From: Paramecium tetraurelia
Lineage: Eukaryota
Direction: 5' to 3'
Assembly: GCA_000165425.1 (NCBI GenBank)
Contig: CT868085.1
Coordinates: 372,001-436,000, forward strand
DNA: 64,000 bases
The position numbers and the translations under genes were made by a program. Shown piece after piece: positions 13,230 through 28,043 of this stretch (the stretch's first letter is position 1; every line of letters begins with the position of its first letter). The notes under the pieces were generated by a model, which was given only the letters and a program-made list of their open reading frames with translations, searched no databases and was not told the origin of the DNA.

Positions 13230-16200
13230 ATGAATGTGTTATTAGAGAAAGAGCTTTAAAAATTGGCAGCAGGAAATTACCAAAGAGCATCTGATATAAA
13301 AGATTCAATTGAAAATATTCTTTTTGAAAATTAATTAAACCATGCTGAAATTGGGTTATGCTCATCCAAAATCATGGCATCAGAAAAAAGTTTCTTAGAA
13401 TTTCTAACAAACCATGTTCTTGATAAAGATACTTATTATGCTCAAACCAAGAAATCCTTGTATTAAATTTTAGCAAAATACATAAAGAATTATGTTCAAT
13501 ATGTATCTGAATATTTGGAATCAATAATTGTATATGATTTAAATTATATATAATTAGAGTACTTGTATTTAGAATTTTAAAAAGGAAGAGTCAGGAGTGG
13601 CAAAAGAAGCATCCCTATTACCCATAATGAAAATCTATAAACATTCTGATTAATAAATTTTAGTAATAATTCAAAGATATTATAATATTAGGTAAAGCTT
13701 TAGGTTCACAAAAATCTATATCATATCTTGTTATAGGAATGTTTGGAAACTAAATTAACAGCTGGTGTAAAGGGAAGAATTTTTTAGACTCTCGGAGTCT
13801 TAATAAAGAGATTTAATAACGATTTAGGGGAACAAGGAATATATTTGCATGCTTTCTAATCAATAATTAGTTAGATAAAGAGTAGTAAACCTGAAATGGT
13901 TATAATTGAAGGGATTCTTAAATTCTTTAAATAATGTTTAATGTATCATCAATTTAATCAAGAATAAATATCTTTATTATATTAAGCATTAGTAACATTT
14001 TGTAAACCAGTTGAGGATTTGAGTACTTTTAAAGTACCAATAGCTGCTTGTAAATGCATGAAATAGAATCTGGATATATTTAGTCACTATTTGATAATAA
14101 AGACTAATGCTTTGACTTTGTTTGATTAATATATAAAGATTTTGCAGCATCGAAATAGAGATTTAAAAGAATGTGTTTAAGAATTGCTTGAATTATTTAT
14201 ATAAAAGATATCTTAACAATTGGATCATAGTATTAATGATCATAAAGTAAATTTTAAAATGTATTTAGATCATATTTAATGTGATTTTAAACAAATTTAT
14301 AGAGATTTTGAATGATAACAAAGCCGATATGTTTCTGATGACTGTCATTATTAGATCTGTGGGACACTTTGCAAAGGCAATTGCGAATCTAAGAGGGGAG
14401 AAACAATTGGGAGATTTTTTTGATAAGTTAAACGATTTAGGTTTTGAGAGAGTTTTATAGGTTTATGAGGATTTTTATAAGGAGGAAGAAGGAAATATGA
14501 AAAGAGGAGCATAATTTAAGGTTTTGCTTTATAGATAAAAGTAATTAAACTCATTTCTGATATCATATGCTAATATCATTAAGAATCTCAGTAAAATATC
14601 TGATAAGCAAATTCAACATTTATTTGCTTTATGTTCTTTATGCATTAAATAACATTATAATTATTTTGAAAATTATAGACCTTATTTATATGATGGTATG
14701 GCAAACATCATAATCTCGATATTTGGACACTAAACTATAGGCATACAATTTGTGGGTTCATTGTTATCAAAAGGAGTGATAGAAGGATTGAAATTAGGAT
14801 AAAATTAACTTGATGGAGATTTGTACATTAAGACCTGCTAGGAGATGTCAAAATTTTGGATTGGAATTATTGAATAAAAAGTATGGACATAGCATTATTT
14901 AACAAAATTTGTAAAACAATTATTTGATTAAATCGCATAATTGATTTAAAATTGTAATTTTGAGTCAATATAGAAGGAAGTTAATTAAATAGATGAATAA
15001 AATCAATAATAATACACATTAAAAATTTAGGAATTTAGAAATTTTGCAGTTAATCCAACTCAATTAACTTAATTTCATAGATTCATTTTAATGTTATCAG
15101 CTTTAATCCCTAAAATTCCGATTGAATCTGCTGTGATCTCCATTTTGAATTTACTTAATTTAGTGCTAATAAAGATTAGAAAATACCCGAAGGCATTATT
15201 GTTACTGATATTTGCCAGGGTCTTATTAAAATATATAAAAGAAACCTAATTAATAAATTAGTAATTTTTTGAAGCAAGATAAAAATAAATATTGATTAAT
15301 TTAATATTAAAATTAAAGGGATTGATTTAGAATCATTTGAAATCATATAGTTCATAATTATAAATTGAGGCGTTAAATGTCTTATTAACAATTCCTGTTG
15401 AATTCATTGTAAAAGATAACTATTTATTACTAAAATCAGAATACATTCAGATTATTATTAATGCCTTTTAGATGAATAGTAATTCACTATCATGGAGTGC
15501 CATCGATTTATTGATACAATTGATACAGTCAGAATACAATTAGAAGAACCAAAAGAATTTAAAATATCTATTGAAGATATTAAAGAATGTTATTCCTAAA
15601 TTATCATCATATATGCAATTAGTCCCAGAATAAGAAAAGCCATTTTATACTCCAATCTAATATATAGATAGTATTAGTCCAAACATTTTGTTGTCTGAAT
15701 CACATATAGATCAAAACCATATAGTCGACAAAGTTAGATATTTCTTGGGTTCTATTGGAGGATTATGTCATCTGATAGTGGATGAGACGTATAATGAATC
15801 CCTTTTGGCCCTTGATTACAATAGCCCAATAACTATAAACATCCCAGTTGGTTAAAGGAAAATGAAACTTCGATTTGGACAATTCTTAGAAAGAATTTTA
15901 AGTTTGTGTCTAAGTGCCCCTTTAGAAAAATCCAAAATTTATGCTTGTGAATTATTGCAAGCCTTTGCTATTTACATGATTGGTGACCAAGCAGTTAATG
16001 GAACAAAAGCTGTGGCTCAAAATACGAAGAAGAAATTTGAGTATGCAAACATTTATAAAAAAATGTTCCCTGTTATGATAGAGATCAGCAACACAATGGA
16101 TCATCCATGTAGAACATATTTTAAAGAACATCTTACAAGAATAGTTCACTGGTTTGCCAATTCAAAGTAATATGAAGCCCCAGATGTGGCATAATTATTA

Positions 16201-19200
16201 GATTGTTTATTTGAATAACCAATAAATAAGGAGGACCCTTAATTAGAATAATTTTGTTCTTAATTAATAGGAGAATTCATCTAATGGACTTTAAAATAGA
16301 CAACTCCAGATTAGTTGAAGTTAAATTACTCAAACATCAAAACTGTAATGAGAAGGATTATCACATATGCTAATCATCCTGATTTTAGATATAAGAGTAT
16401 GTCATTAGAATGCATTTTATAATTTGTTAAGCACACCCAATAGGAAAAGTTTATAGTGTCGAAATATTTCATTGAGATTGTAGAACAATTAAAGTTCATT
16501 TTTATAGTTGAGGATAAAGACATCAGCAGAATAGTGTCTAATACAAATAATATTATAGACATAATAAGTAATGGATTTGAAAGATTTACCTAAGATTTAT
16601 TATAAGAAATGAAGGGAAGATAAGGAAAAAATAAGACTTTGTATTCCTTACATGAATTCTTATTGAATGAAGCTATGATTGGCAAAGACGGAGGATGGCA
16701 ATAGGCAACACTTAGTCTCTGGTATTTGAGTGTTAGCAAGACATAAAAAGTAATTAAGAAAAATGCAAGAGAACTCTTGGTTGATTAGATAGCTGAGATC
16801 GGGTAGAAGATGAAGTTGTTTCCGAAATACCCTATAAATAGATTACAGGGAGAGTAGAATTATACTTCTCTTCGTTTAGACGCTGAATCACTTTCTTGGC
16901 AATGCAGAATTTGGCAATTTATTCATGATCGAAACTTATTCACTTTAGATGAGATCATTCAATTTGATGATTATCTGATAACAACTTACAATATTCATCA
17001 ATTTCTAAGATATTTTATTGTCAAAAACTAAAAACATTTAATGGATGAATCCCCTTTATTTGATATGATCATGACATTAACATAAGATAATTTCAATCCA
17101 TCATAGAATTTCTAGAATGATGCAGGCAATATTGACAATTGGCTTGCCACTTCATTACCTGAGAAGTTAGTGGAGTAACTAATTACTACTTTTGAAAGAG
17201 TATATAAATTTGTAAGGACATTCCATATTGATGTTGAATAATACTACAATCTAAGTATTGGAATCATTATAAGACCCTCTTATTTCTTAAAAGGAATTCA
17301 ATTGGATTTGTACTTTGGATAGGTTGATAGTGTTGTTAATGAAGCATAAAGGTTATTATAAGGAACTATAAAATTTACTGAATTTCGATAAGTCTTAAAT
17401 GAAATCTTCGATAATTAATTCGTTTCATTTGCGTAAACAATTACTAATAAAGATTTAATCAAAGACATTAATGAATTGAAATTCTTCTTAAAGGGATTGA
17501 AATGGATTTCCAATTAATGTTCCGATGATTAGGATAGTAATAATTTCTTTTAAGAGTGCATCGATTAACTTGGTTAAGTGGTTATTAATTTTGAATAGGG
17601 AAATGATTAAATTAATAATATCGAATATGTTACTCATCTCTTTGAATTCTTACTTTCAGAGTAAAGAGCCAAAAACTTTGTTATATCTAATTTAATAAAA
17701 GCCTCTGACTTTAGATAAAAGTACGAGGAATAACTTATAGCCTTTGTCGCTAGAAACTTTGAATCTATTGGTCAAATCTACTTTTAGTATATTTGTAAGG
17801 AGACTCATTTATTTAGATAGGGAATATTATTGGTTAACAAAGTACCTTAAAATTAAGTGCATCATTTTTTCAAGTTTCAATTTAAAGTAAATAGAGAAAA
17901 CTCTGCTCTTTTATTATTGGAAATTTAAATCAATAATATTGTTCTGAATCAAACCAAAAACATTAATAGAGAATATGTAAAAGGTTTATTAAAGGATGGA
18001 CTGAACACAGGTAGATCAATCGAAATTCACATTGACGCTCTAATATTATTTGGATTGTATATTAAACATATAGATACAGATTTACCCAATTATCTAAATG
18101 ATTTGGCGAATAAGTATTTCCCCATTAAGATTTCAGACTTAAAGAAAGGCTCAGCAGAAGAGTTGAATTTCAAAACAATTCTGAAAAAATTAACAGAAAT
18201 GATTAAGCTTTGTGGATAGATTTAATATATTGAAGTATTATTTCCACTGTTAAGACAAGATTTAAATTTTGACTTGTTTATTTAAGAATTCTTATAAATT
18301 AACCAAGAATCTTACCAATAATTGAAATGGCTCATGTTATAAATAAAAGACGAGCAATTAGATACTAGCACCCTCAATAATGTGAGAATAGCTTTGGGTA
18401 ATAAATTATTGATTCCTCTTTTGAGTAATTCCAACTTATTGTTAGAGTTCTATTCAGAATTCACACCTTATCTTTTGTAATAGTTGAATGTAACATGGGA
18501 TGATAATTGGAAGAACATGTTGTTTCAATTACAATGGAGAGGTCTTATTTTTGATCTATTTGGAATAGCCTACAAGAGGATGTCAACTGAATAAATAAAA
18601 AAACAATTACATTAAAATCTGAAGTTCTAAGCTGATAATGAAATAACCAAGAAATTGATTGTAGATTGTAACAAAGCTAGCAAATTCAAATTTGAGAAGA
18701 TTAACATTTTGAATATAAATCAAAAGGAAATTCTCTCTTAAGTGAATTATCTGAAAATAGTAGAAGATTATTAAAGCAGTGCCTTTATTACATACATTTA
18801 TGTGTTGATGAAAACATAGACTAAGGAAAACATATTTTATGCTCATTTATTCAAGAAAGAAAGAGATATATCTTATTGGGATAATTTCATAAATAAAGAA
18901 TGGTAATTTAATTTTTAAGTTGAGACAAACTTTGAAGAAAAACCACTGTATACTGAAGTCAAGAAGTAATAGTAGGATTATTTCTAGGAGAAGATTGTCA
19001 AAAATTATCTATATACAGCTTCATTATCAGTTGAGTAAGTTACAGAAACCACAATGGAAATTGAAGAAGAGAATGAGAATCTGTAAAGTACAGTTGAAGT
19101 GTAAAAGATCGAGATGGATGAAGTTAATAAGCATAAATTGATGATACCAATGTTATCTTTGATAGATTTTATGGCAAACAAACAGAATTTCTAGTAATAG

Positions 19201-22200
19201 ATAGCTGGGTAATAGCAAACTCAATAGACATAACAATAGGAAGAAGAAATGCCTAGCTGGATGACTGCTATTAAATAAGTATTCAATGATGATAGTCTTT
19301 ATTTGTCATTGAAGATATTCATGTTAAAATTGATAATCAACAAAAGTGATATATTTAATAGGTATGCATCAGGATGGATAGGAGTTTTGCTAGATTATTG
19401 TACAAAAGAGAACAAAATCAATGGTGGCAAAGGATTTCATTATTTCTTGAGAGATGTCATTGTAGTCTTGATTAAATTTTCATAGAAATTAGAAGTTAGA
19501 TAGGAGTATCTTTAAATGCATCCATAATCTAGAAATAAGATATGTTCAGTCATTAACAATTTGATAATGTTATCAGCAGATAAAAATAGAAAAATATTTG
19601 ACTAGAACATTGAAATTATTGGGATGTTTGTTTAATTATATAGAGATTCGATGTACATTTGTGATAAATCAATAGTTGATATGATTTCCAAAAAGCCTGA
19701 TCAAAAGAACTAATAATTAGATCCATAAGCAGAAGATACTTCAGTTTTATGGTAGGCAAATGGATTAGCCATATTACATATTGCATTGTTAAATAATGTG
19801 GTAATTTTATAGGATTATCCAGAATTTGTAAGAACTGCTAATTCATCACTTTATGAGAAATATAGATTTATTTTATAAAAGCAATCTCACAATATTAAAT
19901 TCCCAACTGAATAAATTAATAGATTGGCCTGCACATACACTACAAAAAAGCATGTTCTCAAAGGAATTGCAAATGTCTATGGAAGTGTATTGTAGTGTTG
20001 TCAATATTTAAAGGTTTCTGGAAATGATTATGAGTAAGAAATCATAAACATTGTTACTGGTATTAAGGCTGACAATCGACCAGGTTATGGCAAAGAGAAG
20101 TTCACTACATTCATGAAGATTCTGACTTTTGTCTACCCAAAAGTTTTAAGCAACAATAAGTTGTTCTAAGAAACAGCAAATTTAATAGTTTAGGCTTCAA
20201 ACAAAGAAAGAGCAGAGATTTTGAGAATATTTAGTGAATTTTTAGAATAGATTGAACAATCTACTTAGGATCCAGAATTTTATATTAATGAAATTGTGGT
20301 ATCAATTAGTGGAAGTATTGATAAGGTAATTGAAGATCAAGAGGAAAGTGTACATTATGCATTATTGAATTTGTTAAAGTAATTAGTTTAATTGAAATGT
20401 TTGAATGCTTGCACTGACTTGATTTTACATTGTTTTAATTAGATTTTAGACAAAATAGATTAAAAATATGGAGTAGATAGAGATATAGGGATTGTAAAAA
20501 TTTATTAGAACATTCTGAAATTGTTACATGAGTACTTAATAAATTATGATCATAAGGAACTGTAAGGCAAAGTTACAACTTACATCTTATCATTATTTAC
20601 ATCTCAACATATTGAGATTCGAAACCTGTGTTTTAAGTACTTGCAGGATGATTTAGAACGCAAAGCTATTTAATTATAATACTAGGCTGGCTAATAAACA
20701 ACTTAGATTGATAGAGTGATTTCTTTAATGAAGGATATTTATTAGCCATCAAAGGAAACCTTGTGGTTGAAAGGAGCAGTTCCTCTGTTATTAAGTCAGA
20801 GTACAAAGACACAAGAGTATGATGCATTCATGTTTGATAAGAATCTAAGTGACGAAGCTCATTATTATGATTAGGAATTCAACAATAAGAAATATATCAG
20901 ATAAAACAATATGTCTTAGATGGCAGGAACTCAATTCGGGTCTTAATTCACCTCATCATCTTAGCTTTTAAGTTAAGCCATTGGAGCTAGTCAAAATAAT
21001 CCAGGGAACAAGAATCCCGTCAATTAAAAATAATTGATAAGAGCAACTCAAGAAGTTATTTAATAATCATAGTATTTTGATGAGGAAGGATTCAGAATTC
21101 CAATGAAATCAAATAGATCTCATCTTTCTTAATTTCTTTAAGCAAACGAAATAAGTTTCTAATAGATTCAACTAACATCAAACAATTAGATCAGATACAA
21201 ACCAGAGTCTGCCACTAGTCTAAGAGACCCAACCAAAAAATACTATAAGCTTAAATCACAATAACCAAGTTCATAAATGTACACTTCAACTTAGGAGGGC
21301 TTTGAGAAGTTTGTTTAGAATAGAGTTCGTAAATATAGAGAAGGAGATTTGCCAGACATTAAAATAAAGCATAAGGATATTATTGATCCTTTGATCGTGT
21401 TATGTTTTGAAGATGAAGAATTGGCAGGAAGAGTATTTACAGCTCTTTTTTAAGAATTGTATGACAGAAACACATCAGCTGAAACTCTGTATGAAGTTCT
21501 ATTAGGATTATTATAGAGATCGTAATGCAAGACATTCATCTTTATCTCAACTGTCTTAAGAACTCTCCATTAAGTCTTATGCAAATCAGGAATTCTATTG
21601 CCAGAAAATAAGATTGTCAAAAAAATCGGATTAGAATCTTTGGCTTATTATCAGAGTATGATTTTGACTGAAGAGTGCATTTTGAGATTGTAAGAAGATA
21701 ATGAAAATTAAGAAATTAGAAAATCCTTCTTTTGGATGGATCTTATGGATTTGCATCAAAGTTAAGGCAACAAGGCTTAAATTGAGGGAATTATTAACGA
21801 ATTGTTCAAAGATAAGCCAGCCTTTGATTCCATTAAATAGGCTATGGACTATAAACATTAGTATTCATATGTAAGAGCCAATTAGCAGTTGGAAGAGTTG
21901 TTAGATGAAATAAATTAGGAAGGGTATGATGAAGACACAATAGATGGGAGAATGGTTCATTACTTATAATAGGAGTTTGAAGATACATGTATGAAATTGG
22001 GGTAATGGGAAAAATTGGATGCTTAATTGAAAGATGTAACTTAATTAACAGATCGAGAATTAAATGCAAATTTACCATTAATAAGAAGGACATTCCATAA
22101 ATATATGTCGATCAATAAAACTGGAGAATTCGATCTTCAGAAAGCAAAGTATTTGGAAAGAAGAACTGAACATTTGGCTGATGAATTTTTATTAGAAAAA

Positions 22201-25200
22201 ACTCTGATTCTCATCTCAGAATAAGACATTGATTAATCTAGATACTTTCTTCAAAAGGCGTAAAGGAGATTCTTAACGTAATGGTCAAGTTTACTATCTT
22301 AAAATGAATTGCTATCTAAATAACTTAGACATAAACATTTAGAATAGTTGCAAATGATGCATGAAATGGGGGAAATACAGAGTATTTATAGTGGAGTCGA
22401 AATTGATATCGATAAAAAGATGTAAATATTGAACACCTGGGCTGTTCGATCTCCATCACTTTAAGATAGTTTATATACTTGGAATAGGATCTATTAAAAT
22501 CGTTTGATCATGGCAAATCAAACTCATCCTGTATTGGGAATGTGGGCATTACAATTTGCCAAGGGAGTTGTTTAAATGAATTATTTCTAATAGGCTGCTA
22601 ATCTATTGTCCATATGTTTCAAAATTTACAAGTGTGAAAATTGGAGCACTTATTCAACTTTGGCCAAATTGAAACTAAAAGAAGAAAGATTCGAAAGTGA
22701 TTAAAGGGATTTAGAAACCATCTATTAGAAATTAAATGACAATTTTGATAGATACGATCAACATAAAAAATTAAAACTCTTTTTCAGTCAATAAGCCTAA
22801 AAAAACACTGAAAAACCAGTATAATTCAGATTTAACATGCTCCCCATCATTAGTAATTAGCATTATCTAAAAATCAATCAAGATTTAGTGTTCATGTTTA
22901 ATTAAGAATCTAGAAAACATAACAATCGTTACGATTTTAATCCCTTTTATTAACGTTATGCTGATGCCATAATGCAAACATTTAATGGATATTTGGAATT
23001 GTAAATACAACTACATGATGAAAATATTAATCAATCTAAATTCTATAATAAAGCAGCAATGTTTTGTGAAAGATGTTTAAGAGTAATTGAACCTGATTCT
23101 GGTGGCTCTAATGATTTAAGAAAGATCTTAGAAAATAAAAATATCAGCTTAGATATGATTGCTGATTAATTTGTCAGATATACAATCAGTTCATTTAAAT
23201 TCAATGCTAATCAATTAAATAAAATAGAAACACTTCTAATTAAAGTACTCAAAGTTGTCTAAAAGTTTCCTAATCAAATTGGCCCTGTATTTTAAGATGC
23301 TGTGGAAAAAGGACATCTAAGTACTTGGATATTCTTACAATACCTACCTCAATTAATACATTTAATTAATGACAATGTGAGATTCTAATATTTCAAGAGG
23401 ATCTTTGATGATTTCATTAAAAAATACCCTCAACAATTTGTTTACTAATTTAATGTGACTTATTAAACAAGAAAGGAATTCAAACCAGACTCTGAAGCCA
23501 GTAAGATGTTCGATAAATTGCATCAATGCATTCCCAAGAATTATGCCTTTATTGAAGCTCTAAATTAATTGACACATCCAGAACATAGATTATAAGCATA
23601 TCTGAATTAGATTAAAGATAATTCTGAAGACATAGATACCGTTATTGATAAAATTCAGGAAGACTTTTTCTCCAAAAGGGAAGATTTCTATGGAAGTTAC
23701 AATTTGGCATTTATCTAAAAAAAGAAAAATCAACTCAATTAAATATTAAAGAATAAAGCTGATTCACATACTATTAATTAGTTCGCATAAGAAATATCAG
23801 AGGAAGCAAAATAGATTCAAGTCAAGAACTAACAAATGATCCATGATATGTCTCGGTGGTTCTAAAATTATAATGAGGAATCAATTGATCAAGTTGGCAA
23901 ATAAACAGAAATTCTAATTCCTATTCAACTTAGTGGAATGAATGAATTCGATATATAAATGATACCAAAAATAGCCAGTTTTGATTAGGGGATGCTTGTA
24001 TTATCTTCAATTAGGAAGCCGAAGAGAATCAAGATATATGGAACTGATGAAAAGCAGTATCTGTTTTTAGTCAAGGGAGGTGAGGATTTGAGATTGGATT
24101 AGAGAATTGAATTGTTGTTTGATGTCATGAATAAAATTCTACCAGATTCTGATCTAAGTACTTATGGAGTGTTCCCAATGACTAAGTTATTTGGTATGTT
24201 ATAATGGGTAGATAACACTACAGTTATTAAGGAGATCATAGAAAAAGAACATTAAGAAGAGGAAGGATTGGAGTTATTTAAAAACAAAGCACTATCTAAG
24301 AGGGATGAATATGCAGCTAAAGCAGCTAAACGATAAGGATAATATAACGAAAAAAATAAAAATTTTGAAGTTATTGGTGTGTTGTAATGTGAGAATGCTA
24401 CTGACGTAGTTTCAAATTTTAATGAATAGAAAAAGTATGTCAAGGATACATTATTGAGAAATGGTTTAAGCAAATTAAGTGCAAATTTAGAAGCTTTTGT
24501 TTTTATCAGAGATAAATTCCTTATTAATTATGCAGGTATATGTGCTTCTGGTTATATTCTTGGTATAGGGGACAGACATTTAGAAAATATACTATTAAAT
24601 TATTCAAATGGTAATTTAATCGCAATAGATTTTGGATTCTCTTTTGGTTAAGGATTAGCTTTGCCTATTCCTGAATTGATGCCATTTAGATTGACTTAGG
24701 TTTTTGAAGGATTAGCCAAACCTATTGGATTGGGTGGATTGTACAAGAGTTAGTTTGTTAAGATAATGAGTGCTCTGAGAAAAAAGAGACACATTTTACT
24801 TGATTTCTGTGAAGTATGATATACTGTATATTTTAGGTGTTTATTAATGATCCATTGATTGAACAAATTAAAATAGGAAAGAATAAAGGAATGTCGGATG
24901 AATTTAGATAACGTTTAGAAGAATAATCAAAAATTGAAGAGTAAGTTTATAATAGAACTGGAGATTCTCCCAGTATGATATCATAAGATTAACAAAAGAT
25001 AAAGGAAACATGGTATCCAAGAAAGAAAATTGATATTGTTCATAAGAAATTAATAGGAGTTCATTGTTCTTTGATACTTTTGGAAGAATTTGATGAATCT
25101 AGACATTAATCAGCAAGATATGCTGATAATCTAAGAAAGGCTATTTAAGGAATTAATCAAAATAGGTTAAGGCATTAATACTAAAAACATTAAACTTTGT

Positions 25201-25292
25201 CTGTGATTCAATAGGTGGACTGTTTGATTGATTTGGCCACAGATCCAAATATATTGGGGAGAGCTTGGAAGGGATGGGCTCCATTTATATGA
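13230..25292 (+). CDS. PRKDC: DNA-dependent protein kinase catalytic subunit (PIKK family)
   Basis: Kinase motifs [50 protein letters not shown] and [14 protein letters not shown]-type [23 protein letters not shown]; also [26 protein letters not shown] and GFHYFLRD. Introns at 13530-13557, 13663-13691, 14247-14268 and 24814-24836 give 3987 codons. Confidence 0.96.
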
Positions 25293-25301
25293 AGAGTAAT
25301 A

Positions 25302-26853
25302 TCATTAATTTTAAGTAATTTATTTCATATTCAATATGCTCTACTCTACTAATTTAACCATCTCAATTATATCATCCAATAATTCATTTCGATACATTGC
25401 TTCAATTTTCAATTTAGGTCCACATTTAAAACATTCTTTTTGATAACCCTTTTTGCATTCAAAACAATAGGAATGACCACATGGTATAATAGTGACAGGT
25501 TATTTGATGAATTTATTGCAGAAAGTACAAGCAAGGCCTTTTTAAATTTCTTTCTATAGAATATAGGAATCATATTATACATGAGTCTTCTCCAAGATTG
25601 ATATGGTTTCAATTACTTATGTCATGTTCTTTGGTTTAGTATCTCCTAATTTCTTATTGCATTCTTCGATCTTTTAATTTAGTAATTTAATTTCTGTTTA
25701 CTAATCCCTAAGTTTTTTTTCTAGTTCTCCAATGGCTTTTGTATTTTATTCAACAGAATTGGTTTTTTCATTTAAGTTCTTAGAGGTTGTTTCTATTTTT
25801 TATTTATATTCTTCAATTTGATGTGTCAATTAATCAATGTTTTTGATTTACATATCAAGATTTACTTTCCATTAATTTACTTCTTTCTTAGATAAAAATA
25901 AATGATTACATCTTTAGATTTATTTTGCTCAGCCAATTGTTATTTCAACTAATTTATTCCTTCTTATAATTTAGTATTCTAATCCTAAATATTAAGAGGT
26001 GACTTTTTTGCTTGTTCTTACAGCTGATGCTTTTCCTTTTGCAATTCCTTGACCTTATTCTAATTATTGTTGAATTCTGATGACAGACATTCCTCCTTTG
26101 CAAGGTACTCCTTTTTGTATTGATCCATTTAATTTTTGATTAATAACTTTTCAGCAGATATAGATTCTAAATTCTTTTTCAGTTCATCCATTATGGCTTG
26201 TGATTTATATTTTTTCTCCTTTGAAATATATGATTATTATAAGTTACTTCGCTTTTTCTTATTTAGTCTTTCAATTTTTTAGAGTCATCTGGTAAATCTT
26301 CTTTGGTTTTTATTTTATGAGTAATATCATTCAATTAGGCATTGAGTGAATCTATAGTTTAATATAATTAATGTTCTTTTGCTTGAATAGTCTTTTAAAC
26401 GGTTTCTAATTGCTGGATTTTGTCTTTATCCTTATCTTATCCTTATTGTCCAATATTTTTGTTGGATTCATGGATGGACTTGAGTTTGGATTGAGCAGCC
26501 TGATATTGTTGTCCTAAGTCCTACAATTGTTTAGTTTTTTCTTCATTCAATATTTTCTCTTTAATCAATTCTTGTCTCACTGATTCAAACCCTTTTTCAA
26601 TAGTAAAAATCATATCATTGCGTTGCTCAATATCCTTGTTGTATTGCTCTAATTTGTTATCAATTTGCTTAATGAATTAAGACTCAGCCATAGGACTCTG
26701 CTTTTTTGATTTCTTATTGAAGTTATCAGTTGCTAAATTTCACATATGATTGAGTTGTATACTTCCGAATTTAAGTTTTCGAGATTGTGTATGCAAGCGA
26801 CCTGGAAATTAATCATCTTCTGATAGCCTTGGTAATTATTGTTGTTAGCGCAT
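25302..26853 (-). CDS. Coiled-coil protein with C-terminal C3HC4 RING (putative E3 ligase)
   Basis: Long heptad-rich region followed by CTFCNKFIKQPVTIIPCGHSYCFECKKGYQKECFKC. Four introns of 23-30 nt give 481 codons. Confidence 0.85.
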
Positions 26854-27191
26854 TAAATATTAATCATAAATCAATGAGTCAATACGATCTAACTTATAAT
26901 CAGATATCTGACAATAACATCATAGAAACATTGCAAATGAGAAAGCGAACTTCATTTATCTAGATCTGAGCCCCTACAAGAACATACAAGAAATAGATAA
27001 ATGATTTTTGTATCCTTGATAATAATTTAATACCAATTAAGATTACTACAATCATTTATACTATAAAAATTCAATTATCTATTATGTAGTTCTTCAAAAT
27101 GATCTCCGATTCTGCTTTCTTAAATAAACAGATTTTATAGTTTATTTTATAATCAACTAATGCATATCATAAATAATTATTCATTCATATA

Positions 27192-28023
27192 TCAAATCAT
27201 TAATTTGACTTTACCATTCTCCAATTTAATTTAATCGGTCTCCTCCTTTTCTTTTAAAAATACGTCATCTTACAAGACTTTCACTTATTCTCCATCTTTG
27301 AATGCAGGCAATCCTAAAATAATTCGCATTCATATTACCTCTGAATGGGCAATTTGCACATCTAAAAGCATCTCCTAGATAACAACTACCGCAACCTTTT
27401 ACAGAATTATTTTTTAATTATTCTAATAACTATTCTTTATCTTATTTCTCTCTAAAATTAATATCATTGTTATTTATACTCCATCTCTTTTCTTCCACAT
27501 GTGCAATTTGCACATGCTCTGGGCTTTGATGCACAACTTTCCACTTATTTCACTTCAACACCATCATTCAATAATTCATTTTCATCAATGGTTTCTTGGT
27601 TCCCTTTGAGATCAACTTATTTGAAAAAATTGATTTGATTTTAAAATTTTTATTCAATGTAATCGTATTTCCCATAGCAATTATTGAAGTCTTATTATGG
27701 AATATTGATTTTCTTAGTTTATAATGTTCTTTTTATAAACTACCCTTAACCTTAACTGTACAATCCACAAGCTTCTAAGTAAGTTGTAATTTATTCATTA
27801 ATCTCTCCTTCATAATTTAGGACTCCCTCTTATATCATAGGAATAATAATTTACAATCATTCAAAATCTACGAAATCTGAACTGCATCTTTGAGTGTTAT
27901 TTATTAATCACAATCAATCTTATTGAAGGTATTATCTCTAAAGATGAGTAATTATTCTAAATTGGCTATAATTAGTTTCTCACTTATTGAGGCTTGTTAA
28001 TTGATGGTGATTTTAAGGTTCAT
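27192..28023 (-). CDS. DRE2: Anamorsin/Dre2 cytosolic Fe-S assembly protein
   Basis: [22 protein letters not shown] and [28 protein letters not shown]; short introns. Confidence 0.93.
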
Positions 28024-28043
28024 TTATAATATTTTTAATTTCA

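Noticed and set aside
24814..24836. TACTGTA inside DNA-PKcs resembling an IES right end
   Set aside because: It sits in a 23-nt GT-AG intron whose removal restores the frame, and it is too short for a 26-bp minimum IES.
26874..27120. Possible C/D snoRNA (ATGAG...CTGA pairs) or small ORF between the RING and DRE2 genes
   Set aside because: No canonical RUGAUGA box C or terminal stem, and frames close quickly with TGA.
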